This document shows positions 8,929-18,500 of a stretch of DNA of 64,000 bases, piece by piece. Positions within the stretch are counted from its first letter, which is position 1; every line of letters starts with the position of its first letter. Under the pieces are notes generated by a model that was not told the DNA's origin, made no database searches, and saw nothing but the letters and a program-made list of their open reading frames with translations. Origin of the DNA: a virus; IMG/VR virus record IMGVR_UViG_3300025687_000024, positions 46,690 to 110,689 of that record. The stretch is one strand, 5' to 3'. A program made the translations under genes and the position numbers.

Positions 8929-10283
8929 ACTGCGGGTCTCTCCTGAACAGCGTAGGGGTACTGGAAGCCGGCGAGGTGGTGCATGAGCTTGTTGCACATG
9001 TTTCGCGCGGATGGGATCAAGTTGTCGTAGATGACCACGACGACAGGCGGCTTCTTCCCGGCGCATTTGCGCTGGATGCGCCCGATGATCTGGCGGAGGC
9101 GTCCTTCGTCTACGAAGGGCATGCAGATGAAGATGGTGTCGAGGTCCTTGCGGTCGAGACCTTCCTTGGCCAGCGGTGTCGTAGCGAAGACGAGGTCGTA
9201 GCTCTGCAGGATCTCTTCCCGGGCCTCTCCCTTCACGCCGCCGTAGATGAGCCCGTGTGGGGTGGGCCACTGGAAGGACGCCATGAACTTCAGGTGGTTG
9301 ACCCGCTCCGAGAGCACGAGGGGCTTGCGCCCGTCCTGCACAGCGCCCCAGAGCATGTTGCAGATGATGTCGTTGCGCTCGTCGCAGTCGGCCAACCAGT
9401 TGTAGAGCTTGGCCAGGTTCGCCCCAGAGGACGTAGACATCGACGCCAGGTCTTCCTTCGTAGGGTTGATGTCCGTCTTCACGAAGAAGACTTCCGGTAC
9501 GATGTCTGCTTGCATGCTCTCGAACAGCACCCCGCCGATGTGCGCCATGTAGAGCCGGTCGAGGCCATCGGCCCGCAGCGGCGTCCCGGACAGTCCCCAA
9601 CGAACACCTCCGCAGAGGGGAGCCGTCGTGTTGAACCAGGGCGCTCCCAGGTGGTGCACCTCGTCGTAGACCGCGATCCCGAAGTGGTTCCGCATCTCGA
9701 CGGGGAGGTCATCGTACTTGGCTGCGAGGGTCTGAATCATGGCCAGGGTGACAGGCTTCTCCCAGTCCATGGTCGTCCCCTGGACGATGCCGATGTCCTC
9801 GCGCTCCAAGGATGCGTGCTCCGTCAGGCGAGTGATCCACTGGTAGAGCAGGTCCTTGGTATGAACGACCACGAGCGCAGGCATGCCGAGCGCGGCCATG
9901 GCGTGAATGGCGACGACCGTCTTGCCCTTGCCTGGCAGCAAGGCGAGCACACCGTCCCCCTCGTCCACCATCGAGGCGTAGCCCATGCGCTGAATGGGCC
10001 CGCGGAGATCGTAGGTCAGGGGGCCGATCTCCACCTGGGGGAACCTCTTGGGCCGGATATCCACGATCTCGAAGTCGTACTGGTCCTCATCGCTGGGCGG
10101 GATGAATGCACGAGGCACCACGAGGTGCGTGCTGGTGGTTCCCCAGGCACACACAGGCGCCTTGTCGGAGAGCGGGAAGGTCAGGGAGGCTTGGATACCC
10201 GCTCGGTTGGGTACGTGCTCCAGGGGCAGCCAGAGGTAGTCCCCTCGGTAGCCCTTGCGCGGGTCCATGCGGCGGTACTTCAT
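8925..10283 (-). CDS. Superfamily 2 DNA helicase (DEVH)
   Basis: PGKGKT, YDEVHH, GLSGTP.R.DG, EGLD, QIIGRIQR. Confidence 0.92.
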   Translation of the reverse strand: MKYRRMDPRKGYRGDYLWLPLEHVPNRAGIQASLTFPLSDKAPVCAWGTTSTHLVVPRAFIPPSDEDQYDFEIVDIRPKRFPQVEIGPLTYDLRGPIQRMGYASMVDEGDGVLALLPGKGKTVVAIHAMAALGMPALVVVHTKDLLYQWITRLTEHASLEREDIGIVQGTTMDWEKPVTLAMIQTLAAKYDDLPVEMRNHFGIAVYDEVHHLGAPWFNTTAPLCGGVRWGLSGTPLRADGLDRLYMAHIGGVLFESMQADIVPEVFFVKTDINPTKEDLASMSTSSGANLAKLYNWLADCDERNDIICNMLWGAVQDGRKPLVLSERVNHLKFMASFQWPTPHGLIYGGVKGEAREEILQSYDLVFATTPLAKEGLDRKDLDTIFICMPFVDEGRLRQIIGRIQRKCAGKKPPVVVVIYDNLIPSARNMCNKLMHHLAGFQYPYAVQERPAV

Positions 10284-10681
10284 GGGCGACTCACTGCGGC
10301 GGTCAGCTTCTGCTCGAGGGCCTCCCGTAGCGCCTTGCGCTCCCGGGCGTCCAGCTGCAGGCGCAGGACGTTCTCGGCTTCGACGGCAGCCAGGGCTGCG
10401 ATGTCTCTGAGCAGAACATCTGGGTGTGGAGAGAGGGTGACGTGGGCACGCACCTCGGGGTCGAGCTGGTGCTCGGCGAGGAGGCGCCAGGCGACCAAGC
10501 GCCTGTCGGGCGGAACCTCGAGGGCGTTGAGCAAGTACTCCAGCAGCTCCCCCGACGGGTAGGACGTTCCGAGGAAGATGCGGCGAATGTGCTCCGGGGA
10601 CACGCCGACCCCGGCCGCTACTTCATGCTGGGCTATCCACGGGGCCTTGGCTGCCGCCAGTAGCTTCCCCAGGGACATCAT
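10280..10681 (-). CDS. XRE-family helix-turn-helix protein
   Basis: QHEVAAGVGVSPEHIRRIFLGTSYPS; start ATG 10681 overlaps the upstream stop. Confidence 0.75.
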   Translation of the reverse strand: MMSLGKLLAAAKAPWIAQHEVAAGVGVSPEHIRRIFLGTSYPSGELLEYLLNALEVPPDRRLVAWRLLAEHQLDPEVRAHVTLSPHPDVLLRDIAALAAVEAENVLRLQLDARERKALREALEQKLTAAVSRP

Positions 10682-11139
10682 GACGTGCCCTGGTGGTACT
10701 TGGAGCCGAAGCGCCGACGTGTGAAGAAGTAGGCGACCTCGGCGGCGATCGCCTGCACCCCGGCTTCGACCATGCGTAGGCCGAGGTCCTTCATGATGTC
10801 CCAGAACGAGGGGCGTTTCCACTTGCGCACTTCCCCCGGCTTCTGGGCGGCGACGGGAGCGTAGGCGGAGGGGCGGTCACCGTCGGCTTGACGGGGCGGC
10901 GTGGCGGCCGGCGGCGGGGCGGGGGCGACGTTGGTGCGGACGGTAGGCTGGCGGAGGGTCTGGGTGGTAGTTCTCACGGGAGCCTGCACGGGTGCTGGTG
11001 TGGGAGCGGCGGGAGCAGCTCGCGGGGGACGAAAAGGACTGCTGGAGCTTCCCTGGAAGGAGAACTGCTCTTGCGGAGGGGGCTGCGCCGCCGTGTTACC
11101 CCGGCGGAGCTGCTGGTAGAGCCTGTCGTTCGGTGGCAA
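10678..11139 (-). CDS. Hypothetical Pro/Ala-rich protein, first gene of the replication operon
   Basis: AGGAGG RBS followed by TTG at 11139. Confidence 0.65.
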   Translation of the reverse strand: MPPNDRLYQQLRRGNTAAQPPPQEQFSFQGSSSSPFRPPRAAPAAPTPAPVQAPVRTTTQTLRQPTVRTNVAPAPPPAATPPRQADGDRPSAYAPVAAQKPGEVRKWKRPSFWDIMKDLGLRMVEAGVQAIAAEVAYFFTRRRFGSKYHQGTS

Positions 11140-11181
11140 CGGGGGCTCCTCCTGTGCTAATGGTGTTGATGCGACCAGTCT

Positions 11182-11195
11182 CCTTATGCGCGATA
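11182..11195 (-). promoter_or_regulatory. ATAAG motif (putative phage promoter) heading the replication operon
   Basis: Minus strand TATCGCGCATAAGG in the divergent gap, about 43 nt before start 11139. Confidence 0.65.
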
Positions 11196-11230
11196 TTCGG
11201 CATCCTGTGCCCCCAGCCGAGAGAGTACCC

Positions 11231-12328
11231 ATGGACCTTCGGACCCAGGTGATCGACTTCTACGACGACCGAGAAGGTCGGATCCTCCAAGGCTTCGTTC
11301 CTGACCCCTCGGACCTCCCGCCGCTGGTCAAGACTGCTGCGGTCCTGGCGGAGAGCGCGCACAACAACCAGTACGCCTTGGTGATGAGCGATCAGCAGGG
11401 CACGCTGAGGCGTTTCCCCACCAACGACGTGGGGAACACCTGGTTGTCGGCGCTCTACTTCCACGCCACCCATGACGTGCTGCCGGAAGAGGCGGAGAAG
11501 GTCGCGGCGGCCAACCTCCTGCTCGCCTGCAATCACTTCCAGATCGACCCCCCGCAGAGCTTGGTGGAGGCAGCCTCGAGGCACGACGGACCCCCCACGA
11601 CCAACCTGGTCGACATCACGGGTCAGCGTCGCGAGATCATCAAGGAGGCCGAGGCTCTTCCCGAGGACGACGTCGTCTACGCCCTCGAGGACGAGAAGCG
11701 ATACCCCCTGGCCAGCGCGCAGGACGCCCGCACCGCTATGACCTACCTGGACAGGCACCTGCGGGGCTTTGCCCCCGGCCAGCGACGCGAGTTCGCCACC
11801 AAGGTCGCCAGTGTGGCCGAGCGTGCAGGGCTCCCAGTGGAGGGGGCGGTCGCGCAGTACGCGGGCAACGACTACTCCCCCGGGCTGCAGGGACACCTCA
11901 CCGCCCGCGCCGCGTACCTGGTGGACATCGGGGCCACGCCCAAGGTGCGCGCCGAGTTGACCAAGGTCGCGGCCCAGCGCACCGCGCTCCCGCCCGACGA
12001 GTTCGCCGCGGCGCTGCAGACCTTCGATGAGAGCCACGGGCTGGATCGTCTGTGGGACCAGGGCATCGCGGATCCCTACTACTCCACCTTCGGGTGGACG
12101 GTGAAGACCGCTGCCGACAAGGCGCGCTACGAGGCGGGCATCCTCTCCGTGTCCGAGGATGAGCTCCGCTCGCTGGCGGAGTACGGGCGCAAGGTGCTGG
12201 TCGAGCGCTTCGGAGAGAAGCTCGCCAACGCCTTCTGCAAGAACCCGGTCGCCATCTTCACGTCCATGCCGCTCCCGCAGCGGCAGATCCTGGCCAACAT
12301 GGCCTCCAGCGTCACCGACTTGCAGTAG
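11231..12328 (+). CDS. Putative virion/head protein with several K-x-A sites
   Basis: LVKTAA, AEKVAA, ATKVAS, LTKVAA, TVKTAA; two internal R(F/Y)P...A..Y(F/L) repeats; first gene of the structural block. Confidence 0.7.
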   Translation: MDLRTQVIDFYDDREGRILQGFVPDPSDLPPLVKTAAVLAESAHNNQYALVMSDQQGTLRRFPTNDVGNTWLSALYFHATHDVLPEEAEKVAAANLLLACNHFQIDPPQSLVEAASRHDGPPTTNLVDITGQRREIIKEAEALPEDDVVYALEDEKRYPLASAQDARTAMTYLDRHLRGFAPGQRREFATKVASVAERAGLPVEGAVAQYAGNDYSPGLQGHLTARAAYLVDIGATPKVRAELTKVAAQRTALPPDEFAAALQTFDESHGLDRLWDQGIADPYYSTFGWTVKTAADKARYEAGILSVSEDELRSLAEYGRKVLVERFGEKLANAFCKNPVAIFTSMPLPQRQILANMASSVTDLQ

Positions 12329-12336
12329 GAGGGCAC

Positions 12337-13011
12337 GTGAAGCCCCTCTTCCAGCCCGCGAGACCGTTCGAGGACGGGATGGGGCTTCACGTGCAGCCCC
12401 TCACAACGCTGCTTCTGCAGTTGCTCGGCCCCGAGTACATCGACTGGGACTCCGAGGCGCTCTTCCTCGAGTTGGAAGAGCGTGGAGGCGTCCCCGTGGG
12501 TGCGATGACGCAGGAGCGCATCCAGGCGGTGCGTCTGATGCACCGGCAGCCCTCGTTCTGGCACGACTGGGGAGTGTTCGAGAACGTGACGGCGGCCATC
12601 CTCGGACACGGCGCGGTCTTCAGCCACGCTCAGCCCCCCGATGCGCACGAGATCGCGATCGCGTTGGACGTGGCGCGCGTCTTGGACGCCTCGCGTGCCT
12701 ACTCGGCCGAGGTGCTGCAGTACATCGTCAGTGCGCTGCTCTACGACGGCGTGTGGTACCTCGAGGAGCCTCTCGACCTTGCACAGGCGACCTTGGCGGA
12801 CCACGATAGCACCAAGGGCATCCTTCGGGACGTAGGTCAGGTGGCTGCCGTGCTACAGCGTGTTGGGAACCGCTACATCACGACGCCTTCGACAGCGGCC
12901 GAGGTGCAGGCCAACCACGTCATAGAGGTCAGGAAGGCACGAGCGGAGTACAATCAGCAGGTGCAGGCGCAGTTGCGCCAACTTCCGCAGATCCTCCAGG
13001 AGCTACGATGA
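12337..13011 (+). CDS. Hypothetical protein
   Basis: GGAGG RBS with GTG start; in operon. Confidence 0.75.
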   Translation: MKPLFQPARPFEDGMGLHVQPLTTLLLQLLGPEYIDWDSEALFLELEERGGVPVGAMTQERIQAVRLMHRQPSFWHDWGVFENVTAAILGHGAVFSHAQPPDAHEIAIALDVARVLDASRAYSAEVLQYIVSALLYDGVWYLEEPLDLAQATLADHDSTKGILRDVGQVAAVLQRVGNRYITTPSTAAEVQANHVIEVRKARAEYNQQVQAQLRQLPQILQELR

Positions 13012-13379
13012 GCCAGTACGACACCGTCAGGGAACAGATCATCCTCATGGCGTTCGAGGAAGAGCTCGAGAAGATCGCCGCCGGCTGGTTCACCCCCATC
13101 AAGAAGGGGCTGAAGTCGGCGGGCCACCGCATCATCTCCAAGGCGGCGCCCACGGGCAGCGGGGCGGCTACCGCTGGCATCCGCGGCCTGCGGAAGGGCG
13201 TGAAGCAGGGCAAGCGTGGCTACTGGAAGGCCGGCAAGAAGGCCAGCTTCAAGACGCGGGCGCGGGTCTTCGGAGCCAACGCCATGAACTTCGCCGCGCG
13301 GAACCCCGGTACCGCTGCTGCGGGCGTCGGCCTGGGAGCGGTCGGTGCGGGTGCTGTGGGCGCCAAGGTCCTGAGCTAA
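13008..13379 (+). CDS. Tagged basic protein (AFEEELEKIA) with C-terminal Gly/Ala hydrophobic segment
   Basis: Leader motif, K/R-rich body, AAAGVGLGAVGAGAVGA tail. Confidence 0.75.
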   Translation: MSQYDTVREQIILMAFEEELEKIAAGWFTPIKKGLKSAGHRIISKAAPTGSGAATAGIRGLRKGVKQGKRGYWKAGKKASFKTRARVFGANAMNFAARNPGTAAAGVGLGAVGAGAVGAKVLS

Positions 13380-13383
13380 GCCT

Positions 13384-15315
13384 ATGTCGGGTAGCGGCTT
13401 CGGTCCATCCTCCGGGTACCGCATGAGCGGCAGCAGCAGCTACGCCTTCGGTTCACTGGATGGGAGGAACAACAGCTTCAAGTACCCCTCGGCCTGGTGG
13501 GATGCGGCTCACATGGAGCTGCCCACCACGGTCAAGCACCTCTTCAAGTGGTGCCGCTACCATGCCGTCGCCAACCCGCTCATCAGCTCGACGACCCGCA
13601 AGATGGCGTCGTACCCCATCACGCGGCTCATCATCGAAGACGAGCCCATGGAGGGGTTCGGCAAGAACAAGGAGCGCTGGGAGGACTTGCTCTTCCGGGT
13701 GCTGAACATCCAGCGGTTCATGTTCGAGGGTGGACTGGACTACCACACCTACGGCAACTGCATCGTCAGCCTGCTCTACCCCTTCCACAAGTACCTCGGG
13801 TGCCGCTCTTGCGGCTTCCGCGAGCGCATCAAGCGGCTGAAGTACCAGCAGGAGTGGACGTTCCGCAACTTCAGCTACGAGCTCAACTGCCCGAAGTGCG
13901 GCACCACGGCGCCGGCCGAGGTCAAGGATGAGTGGTACCTCTCTTACAGAGGCATCAAGATCATCCGCTGGGACCCCTCGTCGATCTCCATCGAGTTCAA
14001 CCCCATCACCCAGGCATCCGAGTACGCCTACACGATCCCCGAGCGCATCCGGGCCAAGATCGTGAACAAGCACAAGCCCTACCTCGAGGAGATGCCGCAC
14101 ACCTTCATCCGGGCGGCGCGTCACCGGCGCCCTGTGCAGCTCGTGGCGGGCAACGTCTTCCACTTCCGAGCGCCGACACCCTCCGTCAGCGGGAACGACT
14201 CCGGTTGGGGCTACCCGCCCATCCTGCCTGCGCTCAAGGACAGCTTCTACCTGCAGGTGCTCAAGAAGGCGAACGAAGCCATCATGCTCGAGCACCTGGT
14301 CCCGCTGGACATCCTGTTCCCCAGCACGGCCGACGCCCACGCCAACCCCTACCTGCACGTCAACCTCTCCGACTGGAAGCGGCGCATCGAGACCGAGCTG
14401 GTCAAGTGGCGCATGGACCCCAACCACAAGCCGATCCTGCCGCTCCCCGTGGGGTACCAGCGTGTGGGCGGCACGGGGCGCAGCTTGATGCCTGTGCAGG
14501 AGATCCGAGCCTGGTCCGAGCACATCGTCGTGGGCATGGGGGTTCCTCAGGAGTTCGCCTTCGGGGGCTTGACCTGGTCAGGTTCGAGCGTCTCCATGCG
14601 CATGCTGGAGAACCACTTCCTGATGTACCGGGACATGCTGCACCACTTCATCCAGCACTTCCTGATCCCGAGCGTCTCCCGGTTCATGAACTGGCAGCCA
14701 GTCTCGGCCCGGATGAAGTCCTTCAAGATGGCCGACGACATGCAGATGAAGCAGCTGCTGCTGTCGCTCAACCAGATGAAGAAGCTGTCGGACAAGAGCT
14801 TGTTGGCCGACTTCGACAAGGACTCCCTCGAGGAGCTGCGCCTCATCGAGCAGGAGCAGCGACGCGCGCACGATGTGCAGCGGCAGGACCAGCTGGCCCA
14901 GGCGGAGGCACAGGGCGAGTCCCAGCAGGTCGCCACCAAGTTCCAGATCCGCGCCGAGGAGATGATGCGGAAGCATCAGGAGAGCCTGCAGCGGGAGCAG
15001 ACGCAGGTGATGGGGAGCCAGCCCCCGGCACCCGGGCAGGATCCCGCACTGGCAGCAGGCCAGCCCCAGGCTCCCGGTCGACCGCCTGCCCAGCAGCACG
15101 TCAGCAACGTCAACGTCATCGAGCTGGCCGATGCTTGGGCCAAGCGCCTGCTCGGCCTGGAGCAGCACGAGCAGTCCCGGGTCCTCCAGGACATGGCTCG
15201 CCAGAGCCCCTCCCTGCACAAGCTCATCCTGCAAAAGATGAGCGAGGTGAGGGCGGCGACGCAGGAGCCGCTGCCAGAGCAGAGGCCCCCACGTCGCCAG
15301 AACGCGGTGATCTGA
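13384..15315 (+). CDS. Portal protein with zinc-ribbon insertion
   Basis: Portal-like blocks NPLISS, DYHTYGNC, FHFR..GWGYPPILPAL and IVVGMGVPQEF; CRSC...CPKC insert; Q/P-rich C-terminus. Confidence 0.8.
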   Translation: MSGSGFGPSSGYRMSGSSSYAFGSLDGRNNSFKYPSAWWDAAHMELPTTVKHLFKWCRYHAVANPLISSTTRKMASYPITRLIIEDEPMEGFGKNKERWEDLLFRVLNIQRFMFEGGLDYHTYGNCIVSLLYPFHKYLGCRSCGFRERIKRLKYQQEWTFRNFSYELNCPKCGTTAPAEVKDEWYLSYRGIKIIRWDPSSISIEFNPITQASEYAYTIPERIRAKIVNKHKPYLEEMPHTFIRAARHRRPVQLVAGNVFHFRAPTPSVSGNDSGWGYPPILPALKDSFYLQVLKKANEAIMLEHLVPLDILFPSTADAHANPYLHVNLSDWKRRIETELVKWRMDPNHKPILPLPVGYQRVGGTGRSLMPVQEIRAWSEHIVVGMGVPQEFAFGGLTWSGSSVSMRMLENHFLMYRDMLHHFIQHFLIPSVSRFMNWQPVSARMKSFKMADDMQMKQLLLSLNQMKKLSDKSLLADFDKDSLEELRLIEQEQRRAHDVQRQDQLAQAEAQGESQQVATKFQIRAEEMMRKHQESLQREQTQVMGSQPPAPGQDPALAAGQPQAPGRPPAQQHVSNVNVIELADAWAKRLLGLEQHEQSRVLQDMARQSPSLHKLILQKMSEVRAATQEPLPEQRPPRRQNAVI

Positions 15316-15316
15316 G

Positions 15317-15385
15317 CTACGAGTCGCTGACGCCCAGGAGAGCTCCCCAGGCGATGGCGCAGGTACAGAAGGCGGTGAACAGCAT
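15317..15385 (-). CDS. 22-aa hydrophobic micropeptide MLFTAFCTCAIAWGALLGVSDS
   Basis: ATG overlaps the TGA of the upstream acidic peptide (TGATG); not in the ORF track. Confidence 0.45.
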   Translation of the reverse strand: MLFTAFCTCAIAWGALLGVSDS

Positions 15386-15513
15386 CAGTCGGTGTCCTCT
15401 TCGTCATCGACGTCGAAGTCAGGGTCGTCGTAGTCGTCTTCGTCGTCGTAGGGGTTCAGGCCGAACTCCAGGTCATCCCAGAGCTCATCAGTGTGGGTAC
15501 GGGGACCGTGCAC
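15385..15513 (-). CDS. 42-aa highly acidic micropeptide
   Basis: GGAGG RBS with GTG 15513; MHGPRTHTDELWDDLEFGLNPYDDEDDYDDPDFDVDDEEDTD; ATAAG motif 39 nt upstream; not in the ORF track. Confidence 0.7.
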   Translation of the reverse strand: MHGPRTHTDELWDDLEFGLNPYDDEDDYDDPDFDVDDEEDTD

Positions 15514-15551
15514 GCGGGTTACCTCCAAGTCGTGGTAGTTGGCGTCATAGT

Positions 15552-15565
15552 CCTTATGCGAGAAT
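15552..15565 (-). promoter_or_regulatory. TTC-N4-ATAAG motif (putative phage promoter)
   Basis: Minus strand ATTCTCGCATAAGG. Confidence 0.65.
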
Positions 15566-15590
15566 GTGAGCGCTTCCGTAGGAGCCCCTC

Positions 15591-18500
15591 ATGCCGTACC
15601 TGAGCCCTGACGAACAGTTCGCTGACCTCAAGAGCAAGGTCTCGTCCACCCTGATGGAGCTCTTCCCCGTGGAGGGGCGCGGCGGCCGCGTCGTCCTCAA
15701 GAACGTGGAGGTCGACGACAACCTCGACACGCATGACCTGCGCTCGCAGCGGGTAGCTCTGCAGGAGGGGAAGACCTGGGCGGTGCCCGTGTACGGGGAT
15801 GCTGTGCTCGAGCGCGAGGGCCAGGAGATCGACCGCAAGCGCGTCCTGCTGATGCACCTGCCCAAGACCACGGACAGGTTCGGCTACATCGTCAAGGGGC
15901 GGGAGTACCAGGCGCTCACCCAGTTCCGGCAGAAGTCCGGCGTGTACCACCGCACGGCGAGCAACGGCGCGCTGTTGGCCGAGTTCAACCTGGCCAACAG
16001 GGACCAGTTCGCCAACGGGCGTACCTTCAAGGTGCGGTTCGATCCCGAGGAGGCGGTCTACTACCTGCAGCACGGCAACTCCAACATCCCGCTGTACCAC
16101 CTGTTGAAGGGTGCCGGGGTCTCCGACCGGGAACTCGAGCAGCGCTGGGGAGCTGCCATCGTGCAGAAGAATCGAGAGCGGGCCTCGGCCGAGCAGGTCT
16201 ACTCCCGCTTCTACAAGGCGGTGAACAAGAAGCAGCCCGCGGATCCCATGAGGCACGCTGGGCTGTTCCGCGAGCTGCTCGGTAAGACCCGGCTGCGGGC
16301 GGACACGACCAAGAAGACGCTGGGCGCCGAGTTCGAGACTGTCGACAACGAGGTCCTCCTGCGCGCGACCGAGAACCTCCTCGACATGTCGAAGGGGCGC
16401 CGGGAGGATGACCCGAAGACTTCGCTGGAGTTCCAGTCCGTTCACACCATCGACGACTTCATCGACGGCCGCTTGAAGCGTGCGGCGCCGAGCATTCGCC
16501 GGAAGCTGGCCAACGCTCTGGCCAGCGGGCGCACGCGCAACGTACGCCGCGTGGTGAAGGCCGATCCGTTCGACCGGGCAGTGCAGGGCTACTTCACCTC
16601 TGACCTGACGGTGAACCCCGAGCAGACCAACCCCTTGGAGATGCTCGCCGGCCAGCTCAAGACCACCATCATGGGCGAGCAGGGAGGCTACAAGTCGGCG
16701 CACGTGGTGTCCGAGGAGTCCAAGCTCATCAGCCCGTCGCACCTCGGCTTCCTCGACCCCATCCACACCCCGGAGAGCGACAAGACGGGAGTGACCCTCT
16801 CGCTGCCGCTCGGTGTGAAGAAGGTCGGCAACGAGCTCGAGACGCTGCTGGTGGACGCCCGGACGGGGAGGACGCGGCGCATGCAGCCCGCGGACGTGCT
16901 CGACCAGACGGTGGCCTTCCCCGATCAGTACGAGCGGAAGGGGAAGAAGCTGGTAGCCCGTCACGCCAAGGTCAAGGCTACTCGTGGTGGAGAGGTCGTC
17001 ACGGTCCCTGCGAGCGAGGTCGACTACGTACTCCCCAGCCCACGCAGCCTGTTCGGCGTAGCGTCCAACCTGGTGCCCTTCCTGCAGAACAACCAGGGCA
17101 ACCGCGCCATGACCGCGGCCAAGCAGCAAGAACAGGCCGTGCCCCTGGAGCACCGGGAGGCTCCCCTGGTGCAGGTCGAGATGGACCGCGGGGGTACCTT
17201 CGAACAGGCTCTTGGCCTGTACGCCTCTCGCCGGGCCCCCGTAGCCGGGGTCGTCAAGACGGTGAAGAAGGACGCGGTGATCATCAACGACGGGGACAAG
17301 GACCACGAGGTCCAGATCTACCGCAACTTCCCGCTGAACGGGACCTCCCTCTACGACATGGACGTCCAGGTCAAGAAGGGTGACCAGGTCGAGAAGGGGC
17401 AGCTCCTCGCGGACTCCACCTTCACCAAGGACGGGACGCTGGCGCTCGGAACCAACCTGCGGACCGCCTACATCCCCTTCATGGGGTACAACTTCGAGGA
17501 CGGCATCGTCATCTCGGAGGCCGCTGCGAGGAAGCTGGCGTCGCGCCACCTCTACAAGAAGTCCACAGCGCGGGATGCCGACACGATCCTCAGCCGGAAG
17601 ACCTTCCTGGCAGAGTACCCCTACGTCTTCGGCAAGGGGCAGCTGAGCGGTGTGGGGGAGGACGGCATCGTGAAGCCCGGCACCATCCTCAACGAGGGTG
17701 ACCCGCTCATCATGGTGCTGCGGAAGCCCCCCATGACCAAGGCACGCAAGCAGATCCGGGAGTTCCGCCGAGGGCGGCCTGACAAGTACCGGGACCGCTC
17801 CGTCGTGTGGGACAAGCCCTACCAGGGCGAGGTCACCGAGGTCGTGCGCAAGGGCAAGGACGTCACGGTCTACGTCAAGACCCGAGAGCCCGCCCAGATC
17901 GGCGACAAGGTCGTCGGGCGGCACGGCAACAAGGGCGTCATCACGCGCATCATCCCGGTGTCCGAGATGCCCTGGAAGGAGGGAGAGAACGGCGAGAAGG
18001 AGCACGTCGAGATCGCGCTGAACCCCCTGGGCGTGCCCGGGCGCATCAACCTCGGGCAGATCCTGGAGACCGCGGCGGGTAAGGTGGCCGAGAAGCGCGG
18101 GAAGCCCTACGGCGTGCGCAACTTCGAGGCCGAGAAGGACTACCTGGCGATGGTCAAGGAGGACCTGGCCGCCGAGGGTCTGCAGGACCGCGACGAGCTC
18201 ATCGACCCTCGGACGGGGAAGCCCTTCCCCAACCGCATCCTGGCGGGCAACCAGTACATCGTCAAGCTGAAGCACCAGGTGGGCAAGAAGGTCTCTGCCC
18301 GTGCCGGCGGTCCCGGCGCGCCCTACGACATCAACCACGCGCCGGCCGGGGGCGCTCCCCACGGGGGGCAGGCTCTGGGGGAGCTCGGGATGTACTCCAT
18401 GCTGGCGCACGGAGCCCGGGAGAACCTCCACGAGATGTTCGCCTACAAGTCGTCCCGCAACCACGAGCTGTGGGATGCCCTGCGAGAAGGGACGCCGCTA

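Noticed and set aside
8929-9600. N-terminal extension of the UDG ORF in the track
   Set aside because: It overlaps the SF2 helicase in another frame; the UDG-like sequence begins at ATG 8928.
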